Origin: Vitrella brassicaformis CCMP3155 | Lineage: Eukaryota > Protista > Chromerida | Direction: 5' to 3' | Assembly (NCBI GenBank): GCA_001179505.1 | Contig: CDMY01000227.1 | Coordinates: 310,001-374,000, forward strand | Length of the DNA: 64,000 nt | Part shown: positions 52,901 to 64,000 of the stretch, in pieces | How positions within the stretch are numbered: position 1 is the stretch's first letter | Layout of the letters: every line of letters starts with the position of its first letter | Position numbers and translations under genes: made by a program | The notes under the pieces: generated by a model | Databases searched by the model: none | Told to the model about the DNA's origin: nothing | Seen by the model: the letters and a program-made list of their open reading frames with translations, nothing else

Positions 52901-53356
52901 GGTGGCCCACTGCGTGTCGGGCGCGGTGTGGTCGAGCTCGGTGAAGGTCACGGGCAGCCGGCACACCTCTTGGGAGGTCTCGACGAGCATCGACTGCACC
53001 TTGTCGCGGAACTGCTGGCCCTGCTGTGGCGTGTCGAGTATTAGGCCGTACTCATGCAGCCCATCGGACCGCTTCATGCACCAGCGGAAGCGCACCAGAT
53101 CGTCCTGCGCGAAGTTGCGGAGCTGAGTGGCGACGAACTCTACTGGGGCGGTCTCGCTGTCGTGCTCTACGTCGGATGCGACGAACAGGCTGTCCTCGAA
53201 CTCGATGCTGGCCCGCTCGAAGATCTCCACCTCCTCGAGGCCGTCCAGGCCGACCAGCGTGCCCGTGATGGCTGCGTCTTGGTCTCCATTGCCGAGCCGT
53301 GAGCTATTTGCGGCCGATTTGGTGGGTGTGAACAGGTTCGAAAGACGCGCAAACAT
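49941..53356 (-). CDS. VID27/CYPRO4-like protein; spans a gap, 3' end uncertain (49941 or ~50134)
   Basis: FKLDTKV, FTCGATTEDEEIVLGNKMGEFRLYD, AKTLVSGLGDPLTAVTATRDGHWIV, YLVVL, IITSTGSMAVIWNF match the VID27 C-terminal propeller pattern. Confidence 0.8.
51222..51521. other. Assembly gap (300 N) inside the VID27-like gene
   Basis: Run of N. Confidence 0.99.
52228..52300. repeat. (GACACA/GACA)n intronic microsatellite, representative of many such tracts
   Basis: acacacagacacacacagacacacacagac... Similar tracts occur at ~32515-32570 (CACACAAA)n, ~55260-55295 (ACAACC)n and ~34665-34690 (GAGC)n. Confidence 0.9.
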
Positions 53357-53595
53357 CGCGGATGCGTTCTCGGTGAAAACAAGGTGGACACCTTTAAGCT
53401 CGCAAACACGATCCACATCCACTTCCCTCTCCCCCCCGCGTCAAGTGAAGTGAGTTTGTCTGTCTGGTGTTGCCGTTTGCACTGAACGCAGCCAGCTTCT
53501 GCAATGAAATCAGACACCTCTGTCGGTCTCTCTGCACACATGGCTGGCTGATCGCTCCCATTCGGATCTCCCTCCCCCTGTCTGTTCCTTGTCCT

Positions 53596-55656
53596 TCACT
53601 CGAGTGCGAGTGTCTGATCCACCGCCGCCCAGTCTGGCGGCGGCGCCAGCGACACTCGTATCCTTCTGCTGCCCTCGGGGCTGTCACGGGGGTGGAAGGG
53701 GTCCGGCACCTCCAGATGGAACAGCTGCACACCGAGGGATGTCACTGGATGCCGCGAATCGGAAGGGGTGTCGTCTTTTGCCGATGCGGAGCTGGGTTCG
53801 TTGGCGAGCCAGATGTCACGGCTGCAGCTGGGATGGTAGTAGGCGTCGCCGATGACAGGACAGCCGGCCTCGGCGAAGTGGACCCGTATCTGATGCGGGG
53901 CGTGGCTGTGCAGCTGAACGTGATAAAGCGCATATCGCCCTCCAGAAGGTGCGCCGCCGTCCGACTGAGTCCTTCTCCGCCGTCCGCGCGCTCGCCTCCG
54001 CCTCACCGCCCCCATCCCTGCTGACCGGCCAGCAGCGGCCGACTCGGCCACCAGCTCGTATTCCGTCACGGCCAAGCGGCCGCAGGTGGCTGTGTCGGGC
54101 AAGGAAGGGCGGAGGCGCTGAGAGGCAGCTGTGAGGCTCTGGAGAGAGGGATGACAGGGGACGAGAGTACACCATTCCATTGGTGGCTGTTGGTTGCTGA
54201 TTGGTATCTACTTGCTCTGCTCACTTTTGCCAGTGTGTTGAGAAGCGGGGGAGGGACGCCATCGCCATCAAGGGCACGCTGCGCCTCCTTCCTGCACACC
54301 CACACACCCACATCACAACCGCCCACGACAGACAGACAGCAATGTCCTGCCGTGCAGCGGAGCGACATTCACGCACCGGTGCAGGTCTCCGATTCGCCGG
54401 AGGAAGCGCTCCACGTCCGTCTCATTTTCCGCCCCGCCATCCACAGGCGACTTGGTCCGCCCCTTCTGCCGCCTTCTCAGCGTCCGCCCGTCGCGACCGA
54501 CGCCGCCCTCGCCCATCCACTCATCGATGACGTCATCGAGCAACCTGAAGTCCAAAACCCGCACACACACTACAATACACCCTCACGTCAGCAATCGGTG
54601 TAGTTTGTGTCGTTTTCTCGTTCACTCGTCTGGTGCGGCGGCCGGCTGGTCGTCGACGGGATGGTAGGCACGCAGGTGCAGGGGGCGGGGGCGGATGTAT
54701 GACTTGAGGAAGCCGTACCTGCGGAGCGACACTCCGTCGGTCGCAAAGAGGCTGCCCTGCAGAGACCCAACGCAGGGCCTGTCGACTCCCTGATGATGGT
54801 AGGAAGGTGGCAATGGAGAAGACGAGAAGATGCATTTGCATGTGGCTGAGTGTGCAGTGGTCGACTCACTCACTGACCAGGAAGGGGAGTGCTTGCAGGT
54901 GCTGGCTGTCGGCGTCTGAGAGGGGATGCTGGGAGGAGGGGATGCATGACATGTCCGCCAGCACACGATACCTGCACAAGACAGACAAACAAGCAGCGGA
55001 AGCGATGAGTGAATGTCTGGTGAGGTGTGCAAATGGCCGACCGACCGACCGACCCACTCACCCACCCACCTCCGTATGATGGCATCGTCGCGATACAGAC
55101 GTGCTGAATCAAACGGGCAGGCAGGCAGGCAATGAAGAGAAAGCGAATGGCATGTGATATGTGCCCACACACGCCCCCGTCATTAATGCATTCCCCTTCG
55201 TCACTCAGCAGGCGGTGGGTGAAGGCGTCAGTGGCAACGGGAACCAACCCCTGCATCCACACACAACCACAACCACAACCACAACCACAACCACACACAA
55301 CTGAAGCGATTCACATATATGCGGCCGTCTTGTGCATGCTGCCCACCCCACCCCACCTGCACATCTTTCTCCATTCTGAGAGGGAAGTAGAGTGGCCTGT
55401 CTGCGAAGGGCTGCAAGGCGGTCTGCACTGAGGGATGAGTGCCGGAGGCCGCCAGCAGGAAGCCGGGCGGCTTGTGCACCACGAACCACCGGTCAGTCAA
55501 CTCGCCCCACACCAAAGGCACCTCCACCCGACTCAGTGCGTTCCGCATCGACTGACTCAGGCGGCAGTTGATTCGTGCAGCTTGAACCAAGCCTCTCTGC
55601 AGATCTTTCCCTGTTTCCTGTCCTTTTAAGCTCGCACCGCGGGTGAATGCATTCAT
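53596..55656 (-). CDS. RluA-family pseudouridine synthase-like protein with non-canonical catalytic motif
   Basis: Motif I VVHKPPG, motif II variant PLRMEKDVQ|GLV, AVTEYELV, motif III HQIRVHFAEAGCPVIGDAYY, and LGVQLFHLEVPDP. Confidence 0.8.
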
Positions 55657-55761
55657 CTTGGCGTTCTGTGCGCTTGCGGAGGTGCTCTGAGGCTGCTGAG
55701 ACGTTGGGTATCAGAGATCTTGCAAAACTCGTCGGATTTTATCGACCCCCTTGACACGAGG

Positions 55762-56647
55762 ATGGCGCTCAGCGCTGCGGTGTTCGTGCCTGTGGTGGTG
55801 TTCACTGTCCTCAACGCCCTCGAGAACATCCTCCTCCACTCCTTATCGCGTCAGTCAGTCCACACACGACACGCAACACACACAAGAAAAGAAACTCATC
55901 GTGCATGATGTGTTCAATTTGTTTGGCTGCAGGTGCACGTTCAAGTGCTGTTGGGAAGTGGGGCTGAGCAAGGCGAGGGTCTCAATGGCGCTGGGGGAGT
56001 GTCGAAGGAGACCTCCATGCAGGTCCTGGCCCGCAGCAGGGCGCATTCCAACCACACCGAGATGATGTCTGTGCACCTGCTGCTTCTCCTGACGATGGGC
56101 GTCTGCCTGGGCACGGAGGGCGGCCTCGCAGGCCTGTCGACGACCGTCCTCTACGTCTACGGGGCCCTATTCTTTGTCATGAAGGCGAGAGCGAAAGGCA
56201 GATGCACACAGCCGAACGCGCGCCGGGCCCACAGGCAGGCCGTGTGTGGTTTGTTTGTTTGTTTGTGTGGTCTCTTTGCGAGTGCAGACTCTGCACACGA
56301 TTGCGCTGCTGCAGAAGGACTCTTACAAGAAGGTGCACATATTCCGACCGGTGGGTGAGGGAGATGAGGGCTTGCTGACCGACCGACACATGCCATGCCA
56401 TGCAGCCAGCCAGCCAGCCGGCAGATTGATCTTCCACTACACTGACTAATGTGTGCAGGCCGGCTATCTGGGTGCGATCGGAGTCATGTTGGCCATGTGT
56501 GGTGAGGGAGGAAACAGCGACACAGGAGACAGACACAAGAGAGAATAGCGGGCAAGGAGGACACCACACTGGGACGCCTGTGTGTGTGTGTGTGTGTGTG
56601 TGACTGCAGTGCACTTGACGGTGTTTTGTGTGGCGAATGCCGCCTGA
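55762..56647 (+). CDS. MAPEG-family membrane protein (microsomal GST-like)
   Basis: Four hydrophobic segments, the RAHSNHTE (RxHxNxxE) signature, K|TLHTIA and HIFRP|AGYLG. Confidence 0.8.
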
Positions 56648-57816
56648 CCTGGGTGGGTGGGCGGGTGGGGCGCAGAGGCAACGCGCCTCTGAGGTATGCG
56701 TGTGTGTGGGTTACCGTATGGCGAGTCACTTCCTGGCGCCTGCAGCAGCCCCCCAATTTTGATGTCTCTCGATGCCAACGCTCGATCTGTCTGTTTTGTG
56801 AGTGAATGGAACGAACGTATGTGGTCTGTCTAGCGCATCCTCTCGTTACACCGTCAGTCACGCCACGCACTGCAGTCATATGTATGTATGCGGTGCTCGC
56901 TTGTCGGTCCGCGAGCGCACACACGCACATACACAACACACATACACACACACATAGGGAGAGAGCCATTCTGGTCAGTCAGTCAGTCAGTCAGTCAGCT
57001 TGAGTTGACTGACCCCGATACACAGACAGACGCATTCATTTCAGAGACGGCGAGGGGGTATCGACACGACAGACTGGCCCATGCGTGTGCATGGCTGGCT
57101 TGGCACGCACACGGCACAGGGCCGGCCGTCAGTGATCCCTCAGCGAGTGATCATGAGTGAGTGAGTCACGCATAGACGCAAATTAACACACACACATGCA
57201 TGCATGCATGCCATGCAGGAAAATAGGAATACAAATGACTCACTCACTGACTGACCGAAGGAAGACGCCGTGTACTGTATGCTACCCGCATAAGGATACG
57301 TACATACTGCTGGCGCCGGACCGGGCTGCCGGAAAAGGGAGGGCCGCGAATGCGACCTGACCACCCATACACACGAATCGGTGGGGTGGGTGGACGGACA
57401 AGGACATCCTTGTCCGTCCAATGTCCTTGTCCGTCCACCGTGGCCATCGGCTATCTCTCTCTCTTTCTCTCTCTCTCCCCCAGACCCACCCTCACCTGCG
57501 GCTTAAAACTCCGCGCAGGGTGTGATGTGGCCTCTCGCTCCTTCGCCCGCTATGTATCACTTGTTTCAAGACTGCGATACACAATGAATGCTACACACTC
57601 CTCTTTGCCCAGGCCTGCTTGTGCCTGCTGTGCTGTGTGCCGCTCTCTGTGGGCACGCTCGCTACTCGCTACTCACGCACACACACACATGCATACATAG
57701 GTATGCATCACACACATCCCTCCCCCCGACACCACACACACCATGCCCTCCCCTGGCTCCTCCACCCCTCCCCTCCCTCCCTCCCTCTCTCGCTTGCCTG
57801 CCGCTCTGTCGCTCTC

Positions 57817-58549
57817 TCACGCCTTGGCCTCCTCCTCCTTGGGCGCCTCCTCGGCCTCCTTGTCGGCTTTGCCTGCGGCCGCGTCAGCCTTCTTGTCGGC
57901 GGCGGCCTCGCCCTCGCCCTCAGCAGGCACCTCGGTGTCGTCGGTTTTGGTCTTCTTGGCCTCCTTCTCGCCCTCAGCCGCCTCCTCGGCAGGCCGCTTC
58001 TCGCCCGCCTCCTCGCCCTCCTGCAGGCCACACACACATGCAGCCAGCGATGGACGGAGAGACATACATGGCACGGCATGGCGTTGGTTGTGTGGTACGG
58101 CGTATTTGATGTTGCTGGCACACCTTCTTGTCGTCCATCTTCTTGTCGGTCTCTTTGGCTTCTTGCTCGGCGGGTGTGTCCTTCTTGCCGTCGGTGTCGG
58201 TCTTCACCCCGTTGGTGTCGGGCTCCACCTTCTTGGCCTCATCCTGCACACACATGCGACGCGCACACACACACACACAGGAAAGAGAAAGAGGGAGGTA
58301 GGTCGTGTCGACAGCCATCCCGACACGCGTCTGTCTGTGTGTCCCTCCCTCCCTCCCTCCCTCCCTCCCTGCCTCCCTCCCGCAGTGCTGAGCAGAGCAG
58401 CCACATGCTCATCTACTCGCCCGCCTCCATCCCTTCCTTGTCCCTGGCTGGCTGCCATGGTGTCTGCATTGCGTCAGGCCTACCTTGTCGGTCTGCTCCT
58501 TGGTCTCTTTGGTGGCCGGCACCTCAGCGGCTTTCTCCGTGGTCGACAT
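57817..58549 (-). CDS. Small acidic/Lys-rich intrinsically disordered protein with putative bipartite NLS (3 exons)
   Basis: MSTTEKAAEVPATKETKEQTDK|DEAKKVEP..MDDKK|EGEEAGEKRPAEEAAEGEKEAKKTKTDD..EEEAKA*. Clean phase-0 introns and strong GC3. Confidence 0.8.
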
Positions 58550-58998
58550 GCTTACAAAAGATGCGGAGACGACGGAAGGGCGGCGAGAGAAAGATCCAAA
58601 CGACAAGGCGTCTCTACAAGTGGGGAGATGCTAGAGGGGAGTGCTTTTTCGAAGAGCGAGCTCAGCTGCGGTATGTGTTTCATTCCTCCTTTCTGGCCCT
58701 AACCCCACCGAAAGTGTGAAAGACGACGGAAAGGCGAGGAGGAGGCTCTCGGTGACGACAGGTCACTGTCCGCTTCACATCCGCCAAGCTTGATCTCTCT
58801 CATCTGCATATATCTGATCACCAGTACTGTCAGCAGTCATCCGCCACAACCTCTTGTGACATCCCCAGGCCGTCTGTACTCTTTCATCAAGTGCTCTTTC
58901 GTCAGTGAGTGCTGCTGTTGACCAACCTTCCAGGATTCTCTCAGATCTGCCAGCGGTACGTCCATCTGATCCAGCTAGCTACCCAAGAGTCATCCATA

Positions 58999-61900
58999 AT
59001 GCCGCACGAGCCCAAGCCCGTCACTGAGGGCGGCTCTGCGCCACAGCCATCCACAAGCAGGTCGGCACTGCACAATACGCACACAGACAGAATCCACGCA
59101 TCCCTCCCTGATTGGCCAACTGCCGTCCGCCGTCTTGTCTGCTATCTGTCTTCAGCGACTCTCACGCCGACCCGGAGCTGCCGCAGGCCGCCGACCAGCA
59201 GCAGCAGCAGCAGGAAGCGAAGAACGAGTCCCAGCCGAAAGTCAAGGTGGTCGATGCCGATGAGCCGAAGGCTGCTGTGGTCGAGGCGAGCGAGGAGGAG
59301 GGCCTGAGCGACGCGCAGGTGGAGCGGCTCCGGGAGGAGTGGGGGTACAATGAGGTGACCGCCAAGCAGACGCCCGAGTGGGTGCAGATCGCGATGCGCT
59401 ACCTGGGGCTGGTGCCCATCATCCTGCTCGTCACCGCCGTACTCAGTGCCGCCATTGTGGACGCAGACGGCAACCGAGACTGGGTGTCGTTCGGCATGCT
59501 GGTGTTCCTGGTGAACCTGGTTGTGTGGAGCGACTATTTGGGTGATCGCAACGCCAAGAACGCCATGAAGGCGGTCGAAGAGCTCAGCGCGCCCCAGTGC
59601 ACTACCAGACGAAACGGCGAATGGGTCACCATGAAGATTCGAGAGCTGGTGCCAGGTGACATTGTCAGCCTGCGGGCTGGCGTGGTGGTGCCTGCGGATG
59701 GCACCATCATCGGCGACGGCGAGCCGCTGTCAGTCGACGAGAGCATGCTCACCGGGGAGAGCCTCGCAGTCACCAAACGCACCGGAGACGACGTAAGCAA
59801 CCAGCGCAACACAACACACAAGACACAGACAGACAGACAGACAGACAGACAGAGAACCGCTGTGTGTACCTGTGTGGGGGATGATCCAGATGTTGTCTGG
59901 TGCCATGATCAAGCGCGGCGAGAGGGCGATGCGGGTTACGGCGACTGGCGAGAACTCGTTCTTCGGCAAGACGCTCTCCCTCCTCGGCAAGGCCTCCCAG
60001 CAGTCGGCTGGCCACCTCAAGATGGTCCTCAACAAAGCCGCCAAGTAACACACACACACACACAGACAGACACTTACACACCCTCCCTCCCTCCCTCCGT
60101 GTGTGGTGTTTTGTCCCACTGTGTCCATCAATGGATTGCCATTACTCCAGGGTGATCACTCTGACGGGGTTCGTGTTCGTGGCTGTGATATTCTTCGTCA
60201 AGATCTTTGCGCGCGGCGAGGACCCGCTGCTGGCGTGGAAACTGGCCTTCGTCGTGTGGTCGGCCATCGTGCCTTCGGCAATGCCTGTGGTGACCACCAC
60301 GGTGCTCTCGGTCGGGGCCGTCATGCTGTCGCGACACAAGGCGGTCGTCCAGCGACTGAGTGCGATTGAGGAGATGGCTGGTGAGGGAAGGAGGGGTCGA
60401 CAGAGGGCAGGATGCCGGCATGCACTCTCATTGCGTGTGGGTGGTGGTGGATATGGTTGTGGTGTGTGCAGGTCTTGAGATATTGTGCAGTGACAAGACG
60501 GGGACACTGACAAAGAATGAGCTGCAGCTCGACAAAGCGGAGGTCGTGGCGGAGCCCGGCTGCTCCACCGAGGAGATCCTCCTCTTCGCGTCACTGGCCT
60601 CCGTCACCCACAATCCGGTATGCCAAGCTAACCACGTGCATCCCTCTCTCCCTCCCTCTCGGCGTATGTATGTATGTGTATGCCTCGTAGGAGGCGATTG
60701 ACATCGCCATCAATGCCGTAGCCAACATGGAGGAGCGCGCCAAGTACAAGATCGAGCGGTACATTCCGTTCAACCCAGTCGACAAGCGCACAGAAGCCAC
60801 GCTGACAGCGCCCGACGGCACCAGGATGCTCGTCAGCAAGGGCGCCCCCCACATCATCCGCGACATGGTCGCCAAGGACGATACCGACCTCGACCGCATC
60901 GACGCCATCATCAACTCAAAGGCCGTCAGGTCTGCTCAACTGTCGGATATGTGTCGTTCACAGAATCACCCCTTGCGAGGTCTGTCTGTCTCAATCTCAG
61001 TCTGTTTGTGTCTGTCAACTCAGGGGCCTGCGCACACTCGGCGTGGCGCGCTGCACCCTTCCCCCAGCACCAGCAGCGGCAGCAGCAGCAGACACAGCAC
61101 CACCAGAGGCCGCTGAGCTGACATGGGAGCTGATGGGGTACATCTCGTTGTTCGACCCGCCTCGCGAGGACACCGAGGAGACCATCCGTGAGGCGGTCCG
61201 TCTGGGTGTGGACGTCAAGATGGTCACAGGCGATCAGCTCGCCATCGCAATCGAGACTGCCAAGAGACTCGGCATGGGCACAAACATCGTCGGCAGTGAG
61301 GTCTTCGAGTCCAATCACGAGAGCGGCAGCGGCCCCTTCCTGGGCAAGTCCACCTTTGCCGGGTACGTCGAGTCGGTCAGCGGCTTCGCCGGAGTGTACC
61401 CTGAGCACAAATTCAAGGTAGGTAGGTAGGTACATGCCATGCATGGTGGGAGAACGGGGGAAGAGGACAACGAGCCTTTCTTGGATGGATGGCCCTCGTG
61501 TGTGGTGTGTGCAGGTGGTGGAGACGTTGCTTGGCACAGGCAAGCTGGTGGGAATGACAGGCGACGGCGTCAACGACGCCCCGGCGCTAAAACTGGCAAC
61601 CGTCGGCGTGGCCGTTGCCGGCGCGACGGATGCGGCCAAGAGCGCCTCGGATATCGTGCTGCTCGCCCCCGGCCTGTCCACGATCATCCACGCCCTTGTG
61701 CTGTCGCGGCAGATCTTCCGGCGCGTGGAGGCCTACATCATCTACCGCATCGAGGCGTCGATCATGATCTTGCTGTTCTTCTTCTTTTCCATTGTGGTGC
61801 TGGAGTTCGACGTGCCGACGTGGATACTGATCCTGCTGTCCATCATCAACGACTTCACCTTGATGAGCACGTCGCGCGACCGGGTGCCGGCCAGCGAGAA

Positions 61901-63033
61901 GCCCGAGATATGGGACATGGGCAGGGTACGCAACGCAATATGTGTGTGTGTGTGTGTGTGGGTGGGTGGGTGTGCCGTGCCACACAGGGCCCCCAGCACA
62001 GCTGTCTGTGAATGGCTCTCCCTGTCTCTCTCTGTGTCTGTGTGGGGATCAGGTTGTTGCTGTAGCCTTCACGCTGGGCGGGCTCTATGCCTGTGCGGGC
62101 TTGCTGCTGGTGTACCTGGCTGGCAACGACACTCACAGCCCGCCACTCGCCTACGACGACTGGTGGGAGGCCTGGGGCCTAGACTCCATCTCAGAGCCCC
62201 AACTGGTGGCCTGCCTGTTCCTCAACCTGACCATCATGCTGCAGCTCTCGTTCCTCTCCTGCCGCAGCAAGACCTGGTGGTTCTGGTTCGACGGCAAGAC
62301 CACCAAGGCGCCCTCGCTCATAGTGCTCATCCCACAGGTCGGCGCACTCGTCCTGGCGACCCTCCTCTCCGTCTACTGGCCGGCAGAGCTCGCACTCGGC
62401 GGCGGCGCAACAATGGCGGGATGCGGGTGGGCTCACGCGGGAGTGGTCTGGCTCTACTCGGTCGTCGTGGTGCTCATCCTCGACGTCATCAAGGTGATCA
62501 CCTACCAGATCTGGTGGGCCGCCACCGACAGCGAGACGCTCTTCTCCTCCCTGTGGCGGGACCCACATGCCGCCAAGAAGGAGGCTGAGAGAGAGGTGCG
62601 TAAGCAGCGGCGACGGCTGGACAGCAAGCGGTTCACCAGCAAGGACTACATCCAGCGAAAGGTGGAGGACTGGGAGGAGGCCTCGCGGCAGGGCAGCTTT
62701 GCGCCCTCTGAGTACTCGCGCCTCAGTCTCGCCATGGGCCCTCCGTCGGTCATGCGGTCGTCCTCTCGTCTGTCGACCGGTGCTGGTGCTGCTGGGGCAG
62801 GTTTACGCGTGACGCCAGGTGGTCCAAGTGTGGCGGACGCACGGGTCCACAAGGTGCGTGGGGTGGGCAGAATGACAGACAGACGCATTGATTGATCTGG
62901 ATGGATGGAGTGTCGTCGTATGGTTGTGTGTTGTGTGTGTCAGCTGGAGGCTCGTCTGTCGATGCTAGAGGAGAAAATGACCGAGCTGATTAGCCAGATG
63001 AAGGTCCTGGCAGCCGCATCCATGAGAGACTGA
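58999..63033 (+). CDS. P-type H+-ATPase (P3A, PMA1/AHA family)
   Basis: [86 protein letters not shown] and IINDFT (proton-binding Asp/Arg of P3A). Confidence 0.95.
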
Positions 63034-63106
63034 AGGAAAGACTCGGCCGATGAGTGTCTGAGTGGCCAGTGAGGGCGATCTGGGTGTGGGGGAGGGGGAG
63101 GGAGGG

Positions 63107-63406
63107 NNNNNNNNNNNNNNNNNNNNNNNNNNNNNNNNNNNNNNNNNNNNNNNNNNNNNNNNNNNNNNNNNNNNNNNNNNNNNNNNNNNNNNNNNNNNNN
63201 NNNNNNNNNNNNNNNNNNNNNNNNNNNNNNNNNNNNNNNNNNNNNNNNNNNNNNNNNNNNNNNNNNNNNNNNNNNNNNNNNNNNNNNNNNNNNNNNNNNN
63301 NNNNNNNNNNNNNNNNNNNNNNNNNNNNNNNNNNNNNNNNNNNNNNNNNNNNNNNNNNNNNNNNNNNNNNNNNNNNNNNNNNNNNNNNNNNNNNNNNNNN
63401 NNNNNN
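63107..63406. other. Assembly gap (300 N)
   Basis: Run of N. Confidence 0.99.
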
Positions 63407-64000
63407 GGGAGGGAGGGGGGAGGGGGAGGAGTCTGTTGGTGGTGTAGATTAGCTAGCTGGCCGGACCGGACGACCAACTAGATAGAGCTTGTGTACGTAC
63501 CTGTGTGTGGTCGTAGTAGGGGGTGCTCCCGTAGCAAGCTTATCATATCAACCTACCTACGTGGCTAGCTTCCTACTGTTTCTGTTATGTCATTTGCCGT
63601 CAAGTGAGAAGCTCTGTAAGATGCGATCGATGCCTGTGATGCATGTGGGGTGCGTGGGGTGGGGTGCATGGCATGGGATGGGATGGGTAAGTGCGTTTTA
63701 TCGCATCGCATACAAACGTCACATCGTGTGGCCTGGATGGAGGCAGGCAGGGCTGCCATGCCATTTTTTCTCTTGAAATTTGTCCCATGTGTCTGTCGAT
63801 ATGTAGCAATTGACGTACGCCGGCGTACAGTGCACGTGAACTTTCTGTTTTCTTCCCCAACTCTCACACACAGATAGTTTTTTCGGGACCCACCTCTCTC
63901 TCTCTCTCTGAGTGTGTGTGTGTGTGTGTGCGTCTGATGCCCGAGTGTTGTGCCGTTTTGGCAGCCAGTGAGGTTTTCTGATATCTGGGGTTGTTTGCCT

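Noticed and set aside
1-64000. tRNA, rRNA, telomeric repeats, transposase or reverse-transcriptase genes
   Set aside because: No cloverleaf/T-loop context, rRNA signatures, telomere arrays or DDE/RT motifs were seen by eye. A tRNAscan/Infernal run would be decisive.

Overview
Eukaryotic, GC-rich, gene-dense window. Genes are split by many short GT-AG introns (about 50-130 nt) filled with AC/GACA/GAGA/CCAT microsatellites, and there are three 300-N scaffold gaps. This style resembles the chromerid Vitrella brassicaformis (inference only). Most six-frame ORFs are exon fragments or antisense shadows. I reconstruct about 23 genes by splicing by eye: a Sulfotransfer_4-type sulfotransferase, two paralogous aldehyde-oxidase-family molybdo-flavoenzyme genes, a WD40 protein, a TauD-like dioxygenase, an extended SDR, pirin, DeSI/PPPDE, a secreted Cys/His-rich protein, YbaK, PrmA, VID27-like, RluA-like, MAPEG, an acidic disordered protein, a P3A H+-ATPase and several hypotheticals. 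Main finding: the aldehyde-oxidase frame does not stop at its usual C-terminus. It runs in frame into a complete class A flavin monooxygenase, giving a roughly 1,900-aa Mo/Fe-S/FAD + FAD-monooxygenase fusion. The junction is conserved in both copies, and the copies sit next to a sulfotransferase and an atypical TauD-like gene. No tRNA, rRNA, CRISPR array or clear transposon was seen. Coordinates of spliced genes are hand-derived.
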